A DNA stretch of 64,000 bases from Polyangiales bacterium (GCA_044229975.1 JBGARZ010000008.1:32001-96000); one strand, 5' to 3'. Positions 20,813-31,183 are shown, counted from the first letter of the stretch. Translations and numbers: made by a program. Notes: a model not told the origin generated them from the sequence alone.

Positions 20813-22044
20813 AGATCCTAGTCATCCACCAGTATTACCTGATGCCCGGCTCGCCGGGCGGATCGCGCTTCAACGAGTTCGCCCGCCTGTGGGCGGCGGC
20901 GGGCCACGAGGTCACCGTCGTCGCGGGCAACCTCGACTACGCCACCGGCGACGTCCCCGAGCGCTACCACGGCCGCTGGATCACCCGCGAGATGGACGGC
21001 GACGTCACCGTGCTGCGCTGCCACGTCCCGCGCTCGTACAACAAGTCGTACGCCGGGCGCATGGCGGCGTTTTTTGGCTTCACGCTGTCGTCCATGCAGG
21101 CCGCGATGACCGTGGCGAGGCCCGACGTCGTCATCGCCACCTCGCCGCCGCTCATCACCATGGCGCCAGGCTTCGCGGCCGCGAAGGCCCGCTGGCGGGG
21201 CGTTCCGTGGGTGTTCGAGATTCGCGACCTGTGGCCCGAGAGCGCCATCACCACCGGGGTCTTGAAGGAAGGCGCGGCGCTCACCCGCATGCTCTACGCG
21301 ATGGAGCGCGCGGCCTGCGCGATGGCCGACAAGATCAACGTGCTGACGCCGGCCTTCCGCGACGACCTCATCAAGCGGGGACTCGCGCCCGCCGAGAAGA
21401 TCGTGTTCGTCCCCAACGGCGCCGACGTAGAGCTGTTCACGCCGGGCCCGCGCGACAACGACGCGCGGCGCGAGCTCGGGTGGGGCGACAGGTTCGTGGT
21501 GATGTACGCGGGCGCCCACGGGCGGGCCAACGCGGTGGGGCAATTCCTCGACGCCGCGGAGCTGCTCAAGCACCGGCCCGACATCCTGCTGGCCTGCGTG
21601 GGTGACGGCCCCGAGCGCGCGGCCCTCGAAGCCGAGCGGGCGCGGCGCGGCCTCGACAACGTGCGCTTCCACGGCGCGCAGCCCAAATCGCGGATGCCCG
21701 AGATCGTGCGCGCCTGCGACGTGGGCGCGGCCATCCTTCAGGACAACCCGACCTTCCGCACCGTCTATCCCAACAAGGTCTTCGACTACATGGCGACCGA
21801 GCGCCCGACGCTGCTCGCCATCGACGGCGTGGCCCGCAAGCTGGTCTGCGACGAAGCCCGGGCGGGTCTCTTCGCGAAGCCCGAGAACCCGCGCAGCATC
21901 GCCGACGTCATCCTCGCCATGGCCGACGACCCGGAGGCGCGGGCGGCGATGGGGAAGCGCGGACGCGAGTGGGTGCTCGCCAACGCGACGCGCGACTCGC
22001 TGGCGCAGCGGTATCTCGACATCCTCCAGGGGATGGTGCGGTGA
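20809..22044 (+). CDS. Glycosyltransferase family 4 (WbuB-like)
   Basis: MKILVIHQYY, ATSPPL, FEIRDLWPES, YAGAHGRAN, PNKVFDYMA. Confidence 0.9.
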   Translation: MKILVIHQYYLMPGSPGGSRFNEFARLWAAAGHEVTVVAGNLDYATGDVPERYHGRWITREMDGDVTVLRCHVPRSYNKSYAGRMAAFFGFTLSSMQAAMTVARPDVVIATSPPLITMAPGFAAAKARWRGVPWVFEIRDLWPESAITTGVLKEGAALTRMLYAMERAACAMADKINVLTPAFRDDLIKRGLAPAEKIVFVPNGADVELFTPGPRDNDARRELGWGDRFVVMYAGAHGRANAVGQFLDAAELLKHRPDILLACVGDGPERAALEAERARRGLDNVRFHGAQPKSRMPEIVRACDVGAAILQDNPTFRTVYPNKVFDYMATERPTLLAIDGVARKLVCDEARAGLFAKPENPRSIADVILAMADDPEARAAMGKRGREWVLANATRDSLAQRYLDILQGMVR

Positions 22045-22111
22045 GGCGTACAGCTCTCCTCGCAACTCGGCGCGTCCGGCGGCCGGGTGCCGTGGCTGTC
22101 GAAGGTGCGTC

Positions 22112-22741
22112 GTGACCGCCCAATCGGGGTGGCGGTTTCTGGTGAAGACGGCGGTCGATCGGGCCGCCGCGGCGGTTGGCCTCGTCGCCGTCGCGCCGGT
22201 GCTCGTGGGCGCGGCCGCGGCGGTGCGCGTCACCATGGGCTCGCCGGTGTTCTTCCGTCAGAAGCGACCGGGGCGCGGGGAGCGAACCTTCGAGATCGTG
22301 AAGTTTCGCACCATGCGCGAGGCGACCGATGCCCACGGCAACCCGCTGTCCGACGCCGAGCGGCTCACCGCCGTCGGGCGCTGGCTGCGCGCCACCAGCG
22401 TCGACGAGCTCCCGCAGCTCTGGAACGTCCTGCGCGGTGACCTCTCCCTCGTCGGCCCGCGACCGCTGCTGGTGCGTTACCTCCCCCGGTATTCGCCCGA
22501 GCAGCGGCGGCGCCACGAGGTGATGCCGGGCATCACGGGGTGGGCGCAGATTCACGGGCGCAACGCCATCTCGTGGGAGGAGAAGTTCGCGCTCGACGTC
22601 TGGTACGTCGACCACTGGTCGCTCGCCCTCGACGCGCGCATCGTGCTGGAGACCGTCGGGCGGGTGCTGCGGCGCGACGGCGTGTCAAGCGACGGTCACG
22701 CGACGATGCCGGAGTTCGAGGGAACGCCCGTCGCCACTTGA
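22112..22741 (+). CDS. Undecaprenyl-phosphate sugar phosphotransferase (PglC-like)
   Basis: KFRTM, DELPQLWNVLRGDLSLVGPRP, PGITGWAQIHGRN, LDVWYVDH. Confidence 0.9.
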   Translation: MTAQSGWRFLVKTAVDRAAAAVGLVAVAPVLVGAAAAVRVTMGSPVFFRQKRPGRGERTFEIVKFRTMREATDAHGNPLSDAERLTAVGRWLRATSVDELPQLWNVLRGDLSLVGPRPLLVRYLPRYSPEQRRRHEVMPGITGWAQIHGRNAISWEEKFALDVWYVDHWSLALDARIVLETVGRVLRRDGVSSDGHATMPEFEGTPVAT

Positions 22742-22807
22742 ACGCGGGCCGGGATTGGGACATCCCACCGGCATCCCCGACGGTAACGGCGGCGGTTGGA
22801 GTCGAGA

Positions 22808-23941
22808 GTGAACAAGCGCGTCTATCTGTCGGTGCCCCACATGGGCGAAAACGAGCTCCGCTACGTGCAGGAGGCGTTTACGTCCAACTGGCTCTCCACC
22901 GTCGGGCCCAACCTCGACGCCTTCGAGGCGAGCTTCTCCGAGCGCACCGGACTTCCCTGCGTGGCCCTCGGCAGCGGCACCGCGGGCATGCACCTCGGGC
23001 TGCGGCTGCTCGGCGTGGGCCCTGACGACGAGGTCATCTGTCCGTCGCTCACCTTCATCGCGACCATCAACCCGGCCCTCTACCTCGGCGCGCGCCCCGT
23101 CTTCCTCGACTCCGATCGCGCGAGCTGGAACCTCGACCCCAACGTCCTCGAAGACCTGCTGCGTCGGCGCGCGGCGGTGGGGAAGGTTCCGAAGGCGCTC
23201 GTGGTGGTGCACCTGTACGGGCAGAGCGCGGACATGGACCCGATCATGGCCCTCTGCGAGCGCTACGGCGTGGCCGTGCTCGAAGACGCCGCCGAGGCCG
23301 TGGGGACGACCTACAAGGGCCGCCCCGCGGGCACCATCGCGCCGATCGGCGTGTACTCCTTCAACGGCAACAAGATCATCACCACCACCGGCGGCGGGAT
23401 GCTGCTCGCCCACGACCCCGAGCGGGTGAAGCTCGCGCGCTTCTGGTCGCAGCAGGCGCGCGACCCGGGCGTCGCCTATGAGCACACGCAGGTCGGATAC
23501 AACTACCGCATGTCCAACGTGCTCGCGGGCATCGGGCGCGGACAGCTCGAGGTCCTCGACCAGCGCGTCGCGCGGCGGCGGGCGATCGCGTTCCACTATC
23601 GGGAGGCCTTTGCCGACCTCGGCGGAATGACGCTGATGCCGCAGTGCGAGTACGGCCTGCACACCAACTGGCTCAGCGCCTTCCAGGTCAACGCGAAGGC
23701 CCTCGGCGTCGACCGCGACGGGCTCATCCGCGCGCTCGAAGCCGAGAACATCGAGAGCCGCCCGGTGTGGAAGCCCATGCACCTCCAACCCGTGTTCGCG
23801 GGCGTCGAGTGTGTGGGAGGCGACGTCGCCGCCGACCTCTTCCACCACGGCATCTGTCTACCGAGCTCGACCAACCTCCCCGATGACGACCTGCAGCGGG
23901 TGATCGCCACCGTGCGACGCGCCGCCCGCCGCGACCGCTGA
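22808..23941 (+). CDS. DegT/DnrJ/EryC1/StrS sugar aminotransferase (PglE-like)
   Basis: SGTAGMHL, EDAAEA, SFNGNKIITT.GGG (PLP lysine), YNYRMSN, RPVWKPMHLQP. Confidence 0.92.
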   Translation: MNKRVYLSVPHMGENELRYVQEAFTSNWLSTVGPNLDAFEASFSERTGLPCVALGSGTAGMHLGLRLLGVGPDDEVICPSLTFIATINPALYLGARPVFLDSDRASWNLDPNVLEDLLRRRAAVGKVPKALVVVHLYGQSADMDPIMALCERYGVAVLEDAAEAVGTTYKGRPAGTIAPIGVYSFNGNKIITTTGGGMLLAHDPERVKLARFWSQQARDPGVAYEHTQVGYNYRMSNVLAGIGRGQLEVLDQRVARRRAIAFHYREAFADLGGMTLMPQCEYGLHTNWLSAFQVNAKALGVDRDGLIRALEAENIESRPVWKPMHLQPVFAGVECVGGDVAADLFHHGICLPSSTNLPDDDLQRVIATVRRAARRDR

Positions 23942-23946
23942 AGGCC

Positions 23947-25926
23947 ATGAACCCATCCATTCCGCCTGAGCTGAAGGTCCCGAAGCTGGTGATGAACTAC
24001 CGCCGCCCGGTGGTGGTGCTCGCCCACCTCACGCTGTGGACGATGTCGTTCTACGGGGCGTTCTTCCTGCGCTTCGACGGGCACATCCCGCCCAGCTACC
24101 TGCGGCTCACGCCCTACTGGCTCGTCCCGCTGCTGGCGCTGCGCGCGCTGGTGCACGCCAACCTCGGGCTCTTCCACGGCCTGTGGCGCTACACGGGCAT
24201 GCGCGACCTGCTCACGCTCATCCAGGGCGCGGCCATCTCCAGCGCGCTCTTCGTCCTCTACGCGCTCTTCCTCGGCCCGCAGGGTCTGCCGCGGTCGGTC
24301 TTCGTCCTCGACTGGCTGCTGGCGCTCATGGCTGTCGGCGGCATGCGCCTCGCCATCCGCGCGACGCGCGAGACCATGCGAACCAACGCCGCCGAGTCGT
24401 CCGAAGGCCGGCGGAAGCTCCTGGTCGTGGGGGCCGGCGACGCGGGCGAGATGCTGGTGCGGGAGATCCAGAAGACCCACGCCGCCAGCTACGAGGTGGT
24501 GGGCTTCGTCGACGACAACCCGTCCAAGCTGCGCGAGCGCATCCACGGCGTGCCGGTGCTCGGGCCCATCGCGAAGGTGGCCGACCTGGTGCGGGCGCAC
24601 GCCATCGACGAGGTCGTGGTGGCCATCCCCTCGGCGAAGGGGAAGGACATGCGGCAGATCCTCGATCTCTGCCAGGCGAGCGGCGCAGGCATCCGCACCA
24701 TCCCCGGGATGGGCTCGCTCATCGACGGCAAGGTCACCATCAACCAGGTGCGCCCGGTGAAGATCGAAGACCTGCTCGGTCGCGAGCCCGTCACGCTCGA
24801 CACCGAGGAGATCTCGCGCTGCCTCAACGGCGCGGTGGTGCTCATCACCGGCGCGGGCGGCTCCATCGGCTCCGAGCTCTGCCGGCAGGTGTGTCACTTC
24901 GGCCCCGCGCGGCTGATCCTCGTCGAGCAGGCCGAGACCAGCTTGTTTCACATCCACCGCGAGCTGCGGGAGACCTTCCCCGACGTCATCGTGGTGCCGC
25001 GCATCGCGGACATCTGCGACACGCGTCGCATGACGGCGGTGTTTGGGAAGTACAAGCCCGCGGTGGTCTTCCACGCCGCGGCGCACAAGCACGTCCCGAT
25101 GATGGAGTGGAACGCCGGCGAGTCGATCAAGAACAACGTCTTCGGGACGAAGAAGCTGGCCGACCTGGCGGTGTCGCACGGCGTGCAGCAGTTCGTGATG
25201 ATCTCAACGGACAAGGCGGTGAACCCCACTTCCATCATGGGGGTGTCGAAGCGGGTCGCGGAGATCTATTGCCAGACGCTCTCGCAGCGCACGAACACGA
25301 AGTTCATCACGGTGCGCTTCGGCAACGTGCTGGGGAGCGCCGGGTCGGTGGTTCCGATCTTCCAGGAGCAGATTCTCAAGGGCGGCCCGGTGTCGGTGAC
25401 GCACCCGGAGATGAAGCGGTACTTCATGACCATCCCCGAGGCGTCGCAGCTCGTGATGCAGGCCGGAGCGATGGGGACGGGCGGGGAGATCTTCGTGCTC
25501 GACATGGGCGAGCCGGTGAAGATCGTCGACCTCGCGCGCGACCTCATCCGCCTGTCGGGGTTGAAGCCGGGCGAGGACGTGGAGATTCAGTTCACGGGCA
25601 TCCGGCCGGGCGAGAAGCTCTTCGAAGAGCTCGCGACGGACGAGGAGCACGCCGACAAGACCAAGCACCCGAAGATCTTCGTCGGGCGGTTTCGCCCCAA
25701 CGACTGGGACGAGCTCCAGGCGAAGATGGAGGAGCTCAAGGCGTGCACCGACGGCGGCGACGACGCGACGATCCGGCAGCGCTTCACGGCGCTGGTGCCA
25801 GAGTACAAGCCGACGCTCATCGGGGGCGGGACGATTCCGCCGAGCGCGGGGCTGAAGGCGATTCAGGTGGAGAAGACGGTCGAGGGCGAAGGCACCAAGG
25901 GGAAGGTGCTGGAGTTCAAGCGGTAG
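23947..25926 (+). CDS. Membrane-bound UDP-GlcNAc 4,6-dehydratase (CapD/PglF/WbpM family)
   Basis: N-terminal TM segments; TGAGGSIGSE, FHAAAHKHVP, STDKAVNP, RFGNVLGS, GIRPGEKL. Confidence 0.93.
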   Translation: MNPSIPPELKVPKLVMNYRRPVVVLAHLTLWTMSFYGAFFLRFDGHIPPSYLRLTPYWLVPLLALRALVHANLGLFHGLWRYTGMRDLLTLIQGAAISSALFVLYALFLGPQGLPRSVFVLDWLLALMAVGGMRLAIRATRETMRTNAAESSEGRRKLLVVGAGDAGEMLVREIQKTHAASYEVVGFVDDNPSKLRERIHGVPVLGPIAKVADLVRAHAIDEVVVAIPSAKGKDMRQILDLCQASGAGIRTIPGMGSLIDGKVTINQVRPVKIEDLLGREPVTLDTEEISRCLNGAVVLITGAGGSIGSELCRQVCHFGPARLILVEQAETSLFHIHRELRETFPDVIVVPRIADICDTRRMTAVFGKYKPAVVFHAAAHKHVPMMEWNAGESIKNNVFGTKKLADLAVSHGVQQFVMISTDKAVNPTSIMGVSKRVAEIYCQTLSQRTNTKFITVRFGNVLGSAGSVVPIFQEQILKGGPVSVTHPEMKRYFMTIPEASQLVMQAGAMGTGGEIFVLDMGEPVKIVDLARDLIRLSGLKPGEDVEIQFTGIRPGEKLFEELATDEEHADKTKHPKIFVGRFRPNDWDELQAKMEELKACTDGGDDATIRQRFTALVPEYKPTLIGGGTIPPSAGLKAIQVEKTVEGEGTKGKVLEFKR

Positions 25927-25967
25927 GGGACGGTAGCGGTGGTGCGGTAGCGGTGGTCGGAGGGTCA

Positions 25968-25994
25968 GCCGCAAGGACGCGAGGGTCGCAAGGG
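25968..25994 (+). repeat. Short interspersed intergenic repeat, copy 1
   Basis: GCCGCAAGGACGCGAGGGTCGCAAGGG matches 54649-54675 with 2 mismatches in 27 nt. Confidence 0.6.
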
Positions 25995-26012
25995 GGGGCG
26001 AGGCAGGGAGCC

Positions 26013-28223
26013 TCAACGTACGAAGATGCTGCTCCCTCGCGTGCGGAAGGGAACCTCGATGGACCCGCCGCGCACGGTCACCGACGGACCTCCGAGAGCA
26101 TCACGCAGCGTCGTGCCGTCGGCCACGTCGAGCTCCCCTGGCAGGCGCACCGTCACCGATCGTGACGTGCTCCCGCGGTTGAGCGCCACGATCGCCACAT
26201 CGTCGCCGGTGCCGCGTGCGTAGACGTACCCGTCGCCGTCGGTGTGCAGTGAGCGCCGAGCGCCGCGCTGCAACCCGCGGTGCGTCCCGCGCAGGTGACC
26301 CACCGCGCGGACGTGCTCCAACAGCCGCTGCTCGCGCGCGTTGATGTCGGCGCCGAAGCGCATCATCCGGCGGTTGTCCGGGTCGGCCGCGCCGGGCATT
26401 CCCACTTCGTCACCGTAGTAGATGAGCGGAACACCCCGCTGCGTGAGCGTGAACGTAAATGCCAGCGCCATGCGCTCGTAGGGCTCGTCGTTGTCGGGTC
26501 GCGGCGGGGGGTTGTTGTAGCCGAGCTCGCGGGTGTCTCCCGACAACTGACCGGCGGCTTCGGACAAGAAGCGCTCGATGTCGTGGTTGCCCAGGAAGGG
26601 AGACATCGGAAACTCTCCGTAGGCCCGCTCGCTGCGCTGCACGGCGGCCTCGATGTCGCCCATGCTCCCGTTGTTGCGCGCGAAGGTGGAGCGAATCGCC
26701 CAGTAGAGGGGGAAGTCGAACTGCGCGTGCAGGGCGTTGCGACCGACGTAGCGACGCACGAGATCGTAGCCGTCGCCGCCGGTGAAGGTCTCGCCCACGG
26801 TGTAGACCGCCGCGTTGCCGGTCTCCCAGGCGTTGAGGCGCGCGCGCAGGTTGCTCGTGGCGAGGAAGTTCATGTGCTTGACGGCGTCGACGCGGAAGCC
26901 GTCGGCGTTGGTCTCGTCGAGCCACCACATGGCGTCGTCCATCATCTGGTCGGCCACGCCCATGTTGGTCCAGTTGACGTCGGGCAGGTAGTTGGTGAAC
27001 CAGCAGTCCAGCGGGCGGTCGTCCCACGAGCACATCGCGCCGCCGCACACGCAGCTCCCGTCTCCGTTGAACCAGCCGTCGCGCTGGTGTTCCATGAAGT
27101 ACGGGTGCTCGCGGTGGAGCTGGTTGCTCACGAGGTCATACAGCACGCGGATGCCGTGACGGTGCGCCTCTTCGTTGAGCGCGCGCAGCTCGTCGAGCGA
27201 ACCCCAATGGGAGTCCGTGTTGCGCGGCTGGTTGGGCCAATACCCGTGGTAGCCGCCATAACCGCGGCCGTCGCCGCCGCGGCCGACGTTGTGCGTGTTG
27301 CCGTTGACCGGTGAGAGCCACAGCGCCTTCACCCCGAGCTGGTCGAAGTACCCGTCGCGCAGCGCGGCCGTGACGCCCGCGAAGTCGCCGCCGTTCCAGT
27401 CGGCGATCTCGGCGATGCCGCCGACGCGGCCGTCGTTGAGGGGATTGCCGTTGCGGAAGCGGTCGGTGAACACGAAGTACAGCGGACCATCGCCCCACTG
27501 AAACGGCGTCTCTTCGACCCACATCGGGACGATGAGCTCGGCGGCTCGGCGGCCGTTGACGGTGCTCGCGTTGAAGCGGAGCTGGTAGCGCGTGCGAGCG
27601 AGGCCCGTCGCGCGAACGCGGATGACGCCCGCCGCGCGGTCATAGGTCACGGCCGACGCGGGGAGGGCCGTCGGGGTCATGGTGACGCGAACGCTCGCCG
27701 GGTCGACGCCGCGACCCTCGGCGCCGTCGGTGACGCGGACGTCGACTTCGAGGGTTCCGTCGGCGGTGGCGCTGTTGCGCGCCGACGTGAGCAACGGGAG
27801 GTTGCAGTCGGGGACGATGACGCGGGAGTTTTCGACGCCGCCGACGTACTTGAGCGCGATGTTCTCGGGGTCGGCCATCCACTGGTCGCCGTCGACGACG
27901 AACTTGTAGCCGTAGTCACCCGGAGGGAGATCGACCTCGGCGCGGAAGACGCCCGACGCGCCCGATGGGGCGAGCGGGGTGGCGGTGGTGGAGAAGCGGT
28001 TCCATTCGCCGCCGACGGCGACGGTGCGCGCGGGTCGCCCCAGGTTGAGCGTAAACGTCGTGCGGCAGGTGCGCGTGGTGGGGGCGTCGGTGCCGGGCGC
28101 GGCGTCGAAGGCCAGCGCGGTGTCGACTGCGGCGGAGGCATCGGCGGGTGGGGCGACGGTGGAGTCGTCACAGCCGACGAGCGCGAGACCCAGGAGCGCG
28201 AGCGGTCGGTGCAATCGGCCCAT
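26013..28223 (-). CDS. GH13 alpha-amylase-family lipoprotein with N-terminal CBM48-like domain
   Basis: Lipobox LVGC; GEWNRF..YGYKFVVDGDQW..DPEN; FTDRFRNG, YHGYW, GFRVDAVKH, GE, FLGNHD, LIYYGDEVG. Confidence 0.9.
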   Translation of the reverse strand: MGRLHRPLALLGLALVGCDDSTVAPPADASAAVDTALAFDAAPGTDAPTTRTCRTTFTLNLGRPARTVAVGGEWNRFSTTATPLAPSGASGVFRAEVDLPPGDYGYKFVVDGDQWMADPENIALKYVGGVENSRVIVPDCNLPLLTSARNSATADGTLEVDVRVTDGAEGRGVDPASVRVTMTPTALPASAVTYDRAAGVIRVRATGLARTRYQLRFNASTVNGRRAAELIVPMWVEETPFQWGDGPLYFVFTDRFRNGNPLNDGRVGGIAEIADWNGGDFAGVTAALRDGYFDQLGVKALWLSPVNGNTHNVGRGGDGRGYGGYHGYWPNQPRNTDSHWGSLDELRALNEEAHRHGIRVLYDLVSNQLHREHPYFMEHQRDGWFNGDGSCVCGGAMCSWDDRPLDCWFTNYLPDVNWTNMGVADQMMDDAMWWLDETNADGFRVDAVKHMNFLATSNLRARLNAWETGNAAVYTVGETFTGGDGYDLVRRYVGRNALHAQFDFPLYWAIRSTFARNNGSMGDIEAAVQRSERAYGEFPMSPFLGNHDIERFLSEAAGQLSGDTRELGYNNPPPRPDNDEPYERMALAFTFTLTQRGVPLIYYGDEVGMPGAADPDNRRMMRFGADINAREQRLLEHVRAVGHLRGTHRGLQRGARRSLHTDGDGYVYARGTGDDVAIVALNRGSTSRSVTVRLPGELDVADGTTLRDALGGPSVTVRGGSIEVPFRTRGSSIFVR

Positions 28224-28343
28224 ATGATCCCGGCACTCAACCAGTACGAGTGACACACGGTCAAGCTCGGGCGCGCGCGGCGACAGCCTCACGCGAGGCT
28301 GGACAAGGCTCGTGGATTCGACGACCACTCCGTGCACCCCACG

Positions 28344-29144
28344 ATGGATTGGATCACCGACCCGAAGGCTCTCGTCGGCCTGCTGACCCTGACGCTCCTG
28401 GAGATCGTCCTCGGCATCGACAACATCGTCTTCATCTCGATCGTGGCGGGGAAGCTGCCGCCCGCGCAGCAGCGGCCCGCGTGGCGCTGGGGGCTCATCC
28501 TCGCGCTCATCCCGCGCATGGTGCTGCTGGGCTTCCTGGGCTTCCTGCTCAAGCTCACGCAGCCGATCATCACGCTGCACGGGCACGCCGATGAGCACAA
28601 CCCGCTCGCGCTCTCGGGCAAGGACCTCATCCTCATCGTCGGCGGGCTCTTCCTGGTGTTCAAGGCCACACGGGAGATTCACGGCAAGCTGGAGGGCGAG
28701 AGCGAAGAGGTGAAGGCCCGCGGCGCGGAGAAGTTCGCCGCCGTGCTCGTGCAGATCATGGCCCTCAACCTGATCTTCAGCATCGACTCGGTGGTGACCG
28801 CCATCGGCATGGTCGACAAGATCGGCATCATGGCGGGCGCGGTGATTCTCTCGACGCTGGCGATGATCGTCGTGGCGCAGCCGGTGGGCGACTACGTCGA
28901 GAAGCACCCGACGGTGAAGATGCTGGCGCTGTCGTTTCTCGTGCTCATCGGCGCCAACCTGCTGGCGGAGGGCTTCGGTCAGCACATCCCCAAGGGCTAC
29001 ACCTACTTCGCCATGGCCTTCTCGGTGGGCGTCGAGATGATCAACATCCGCCTCCGCAAGTCGTCGTCGTCGCCGGTGAAGCTCCACGAGCCGCAGGCGC
29101 CGCTGCCGCCGCCCGCCACGAGCCTGACCCCTCCCGCGCACTGA
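28344..29144 (+). CDS. TerC family integral membrane protein
   Basis: LEIVLGIDNIVFI, FSIDSVVTAIG, HPTVKMLALSFL, PKGYTYFAMAFS. Confidence 0.92.
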   Translation: MDWITDPKALVGLLTLTLLEIVLGIDNIVFISIVAGKLPPAQQRPAWRWGLILALIPRMVLLGFLGFLLKLTQPIITLHGHADEHNPLALSGKDLILIVGGLFLVFKATREIHGKLEGESEEVKARGAEKFAAVLVQIMALNLIFSIDSVVTAIGMVDKIGIMAGAVILSTLAMIVVAQPVGDYVEKHPTVKMLALSFLVLIGANLLAEGFGQHIPKGYTYFAMAFSVGVEMINIRLRKSSSSPVKLHEPQAPLPPPATSLTPPAH

Positions 29145-29155
29145 CGACCACCGCC

Positions 29156-29923
29156 ATGCTGCTCGTCATCGACGTCGGAAACACCAACTCGGTCGTCGGG
29201 GTCTACGAGGGCTCTCGGTTGCTCCACCACTTCCGCCTGGAGTCGGCGCGGGGCCGAACCTCCGACGAGTACATGGTCACGGTGCGTTCGCTGCTCGACC
29301 ACCGCGGCATCGACCCGCAGGCCATCTCGGCGAGCGCGCTGGCCAGCGTGGTGCCGTCGCTGTCGGAGGTGTTCGCGCGGATGGTGCGGTCGGCTTTCAA
29401 CCACGAGCCGCTCGTGGTGGGCCCCGGCATCAAGACGGGCATGCCCATCCTCTACGATCAGCCGCGCGAGGTGGGCGCCGACCGCATCGTCAACGCCGTC
29501 GCGGCGTACGAGCGCGAGCGCACCGGACTCATCGTGGTGGACTTCGGGACAGCCACGACCTTCGACGTGGTGAGCCCGAAGGGTGAGTACCTCGGCGGGG
29601 TCATCGCGCCGGGCGTACAGATCTCCGCCGACGCTCTGTTCACGAGGGCGGCGAAGCTCCCGCGCGTTGAGCTCATCATGCCGTCGAAGGTGCTCGGCAA
29701 GAACACCGCGCACGCCATGCAGGCGGGCATTCTCCTGGGCTATGTGGGGCTCGTCGACGGGCTGGTGGAGCGCATCCGCGGGGAGATGGGCTTCCCCTGC
29801 AAGGTCATCGCGACGGGCGGCCTCGCGCGCACCATCGCGCACGAGTCGAAGACCATCCAAGACGTCGACGACTTCCTCACCCTCGACGGGCTGCGCATCC
29901 TGTGGGAACGCAACGCCTCGTAG
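29156..29923 (+). CDS. coaX: Type III pantothenate kinase
   Basis: IDVGNTN, VGADR, VDFGTATT, ATGG. Confidence 0.95.
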   Translation: MLLVIDVGNTNSVVGVYEGSRLLHHFRLESARGRTSDEYMVTVRSLLDHRGIDPQAISASALASVVPSLSEVFARMVRSAFNHEPLVVGPGIKTGMPILYDQPREVGADRIVNAVAAYERERTGLIVVDFGTATTFDVVSPKGEYLGGVIAPGVQISADALFTRAAKLPRVELIMPSKVLGKNTAHAMQAGILLGYVGLVDGLVERIRGEMGFPCKVIATGGLARTIAHESKTIQDVDDFLTLDGLRILWERNAS

Positions 29924-31116
29924 CCCCGCTCCTCGCCGCGCTCCGCGGTGAGGCGCTGCCCGCAGTGGTCGTCGACCTCGACGCCTTCGATCGCAACGTC
30001 CGCTTCGTCGTCGACACGGTGAAGCGCGCGGGCGGAACGGTGACCATTCGACCGGCGACCAAGTCGGTGCGGGTTCCGTCGTTGCTCAAGCGCATCGCGT
30101 CGGCTGACCCGATCTTCCAGGGGTGGATGACCTACTCCGCGCAGGAGACGCGGGCGCTCTGGGCGGAGGGCCTCGACGACTTCCTCGTGGCGTATCCAAC
30201 GGTGCAGGCGAGCGACCTCGCGGCGCTGCGCGAGGTGAGCGAAGGCGGCGGGCGCGTGGCGCTGGTGGTGGACTCCGCCGAGGGCGTGCGGGCCGCGTCG
30301 GCAGCGATGGCGGGGTCGGCGGCGGTGCTGCGCCTGGTGGCCGACGTGGACATGTCCCTGCGAGCGCTGGATGGGCGCGTGCACATCGGCGTGCGACGCA
30401 GTCCGCTGCGGAGCGTGGACGACGTGCGACGGCTCTTCGCGCTGGCGGAAGAGACGCCGGGCGTGAGCATGGTCGGGTGGATGGGCTACGACGCGCAACT
30501 CGCCGGGCTCCAGGACGCCAACCCCTTCCACGAGCTGATGAACGTCGCGGCGCGAGCGGTGCGTGCGTTGTCGCGGACGAGCGTGCGGGCGAAGCGCGAG
30601 GCCATCGCGGCGGCGCTGAAGGCCGATGGACATCGGGTGGAGATCGCCAACGGAGGCGGGTCGGGGTCGATCGATCACGCGCCGTTGGAGCCGTGGCTGA
30701 CGGAGGTGACGGCGGGCTCGGGGTTCATGGGGCCGCACCTGTTCGACTACTTCCGCAACGTGGGCTTCGAGGCGGCGTTTTTCGTGGCGTTGCAGGTGGT
30801 GCGGGCGAGCGATGATGGGTACGTGACGTGTCAGGGTGGCGGGTACGTCGCGTCGGGGAGTCCCGGGTGGGACAAGGTTCCGGTGCCGTGGTGGCCGGAG
30901 GGCGCACGGCTCGTGGGCGCCGAGGGGACGGGCGAGGTGCAGACGCCGCTGCGGGTGCCGAGAGGCGCGGGCGTGGCGGTGGGCGACGCGGTGCTGCTGC
31001 GACACGCGAAGGGCGGCGAGCTGGCCGAGCGGTTTGCGGAGTACCTGTTGGTGCGCGAGGGGAAGGTGGTGGAGCGCGCACCGACGTACCGCGGACGTGG
31101 GTGGTGCTTCGGGTAG
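29902..31116 (+). CDS. Fold-type III PLP enzyme (alanine racemase / D-amino-acid deaminase-aldolase family)
   Basis: VVDLDAFDRN, RPATKSVR (PLP lysine), NGGGSGS, EVTAGSG, GEVQTP, RHAKGGELAERF. Start uncertain (overlaps coaX). Confidence 0.82.
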   Translation: MGTQRLVAPLLAALRGEALPAVVVDLDAFDRNVRFVVDTVKRAGGTVTIRPATKSVRVPSLLKRIASADPIFQGWMTYSAQETRALWAEGLDDFLVAYPTVQASDLAALREVSEGGGRVALVVDSAEGVRAASAAMAGSAAVLRLVADVDMSLRALDGRVHIGVRRSPLRSVDDVRRLFALAEETPGVSMVGWMGYDAQLAGLQDANPFHELMNVAARAVRALSRTSVRAKREAIAAALKADGHRVEIANGGGSGSIDHAPLEPWLTEVTAGSGFMGPHLFDYFRNVGFEAAFFVALQVVRASDDGYVTCQGGGYVASGSPGWDKVPVPWWPEGARLVGAEGTGEVQTPLRVPRGAGVAVGDAVLLRHAKGGELAERFAEYLLVREGKVVERAPTYRGRGWCFG

Positions 31117-31183
31117 CGGGGGGCAGAGCGCATCCCTTGACACTCCAGGGGGTGGCGGGCATAGACCGGCCCCATCACCCGCC

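Noticed and set aside
28224..28343. yybP-ykoY riboswitch upstream of terC
   Set aside because: Only a short hairpin (CAGCCTC/GAGGCTG) is seen; the GGGGAGUAGC-type signature is absent.
26013..29141. 1042-aa amylase as given in the ORF track
   Set aside because: The N-terminal ~300 aa are antisense to terC; the real start is most likely 28223, before the lipobox.
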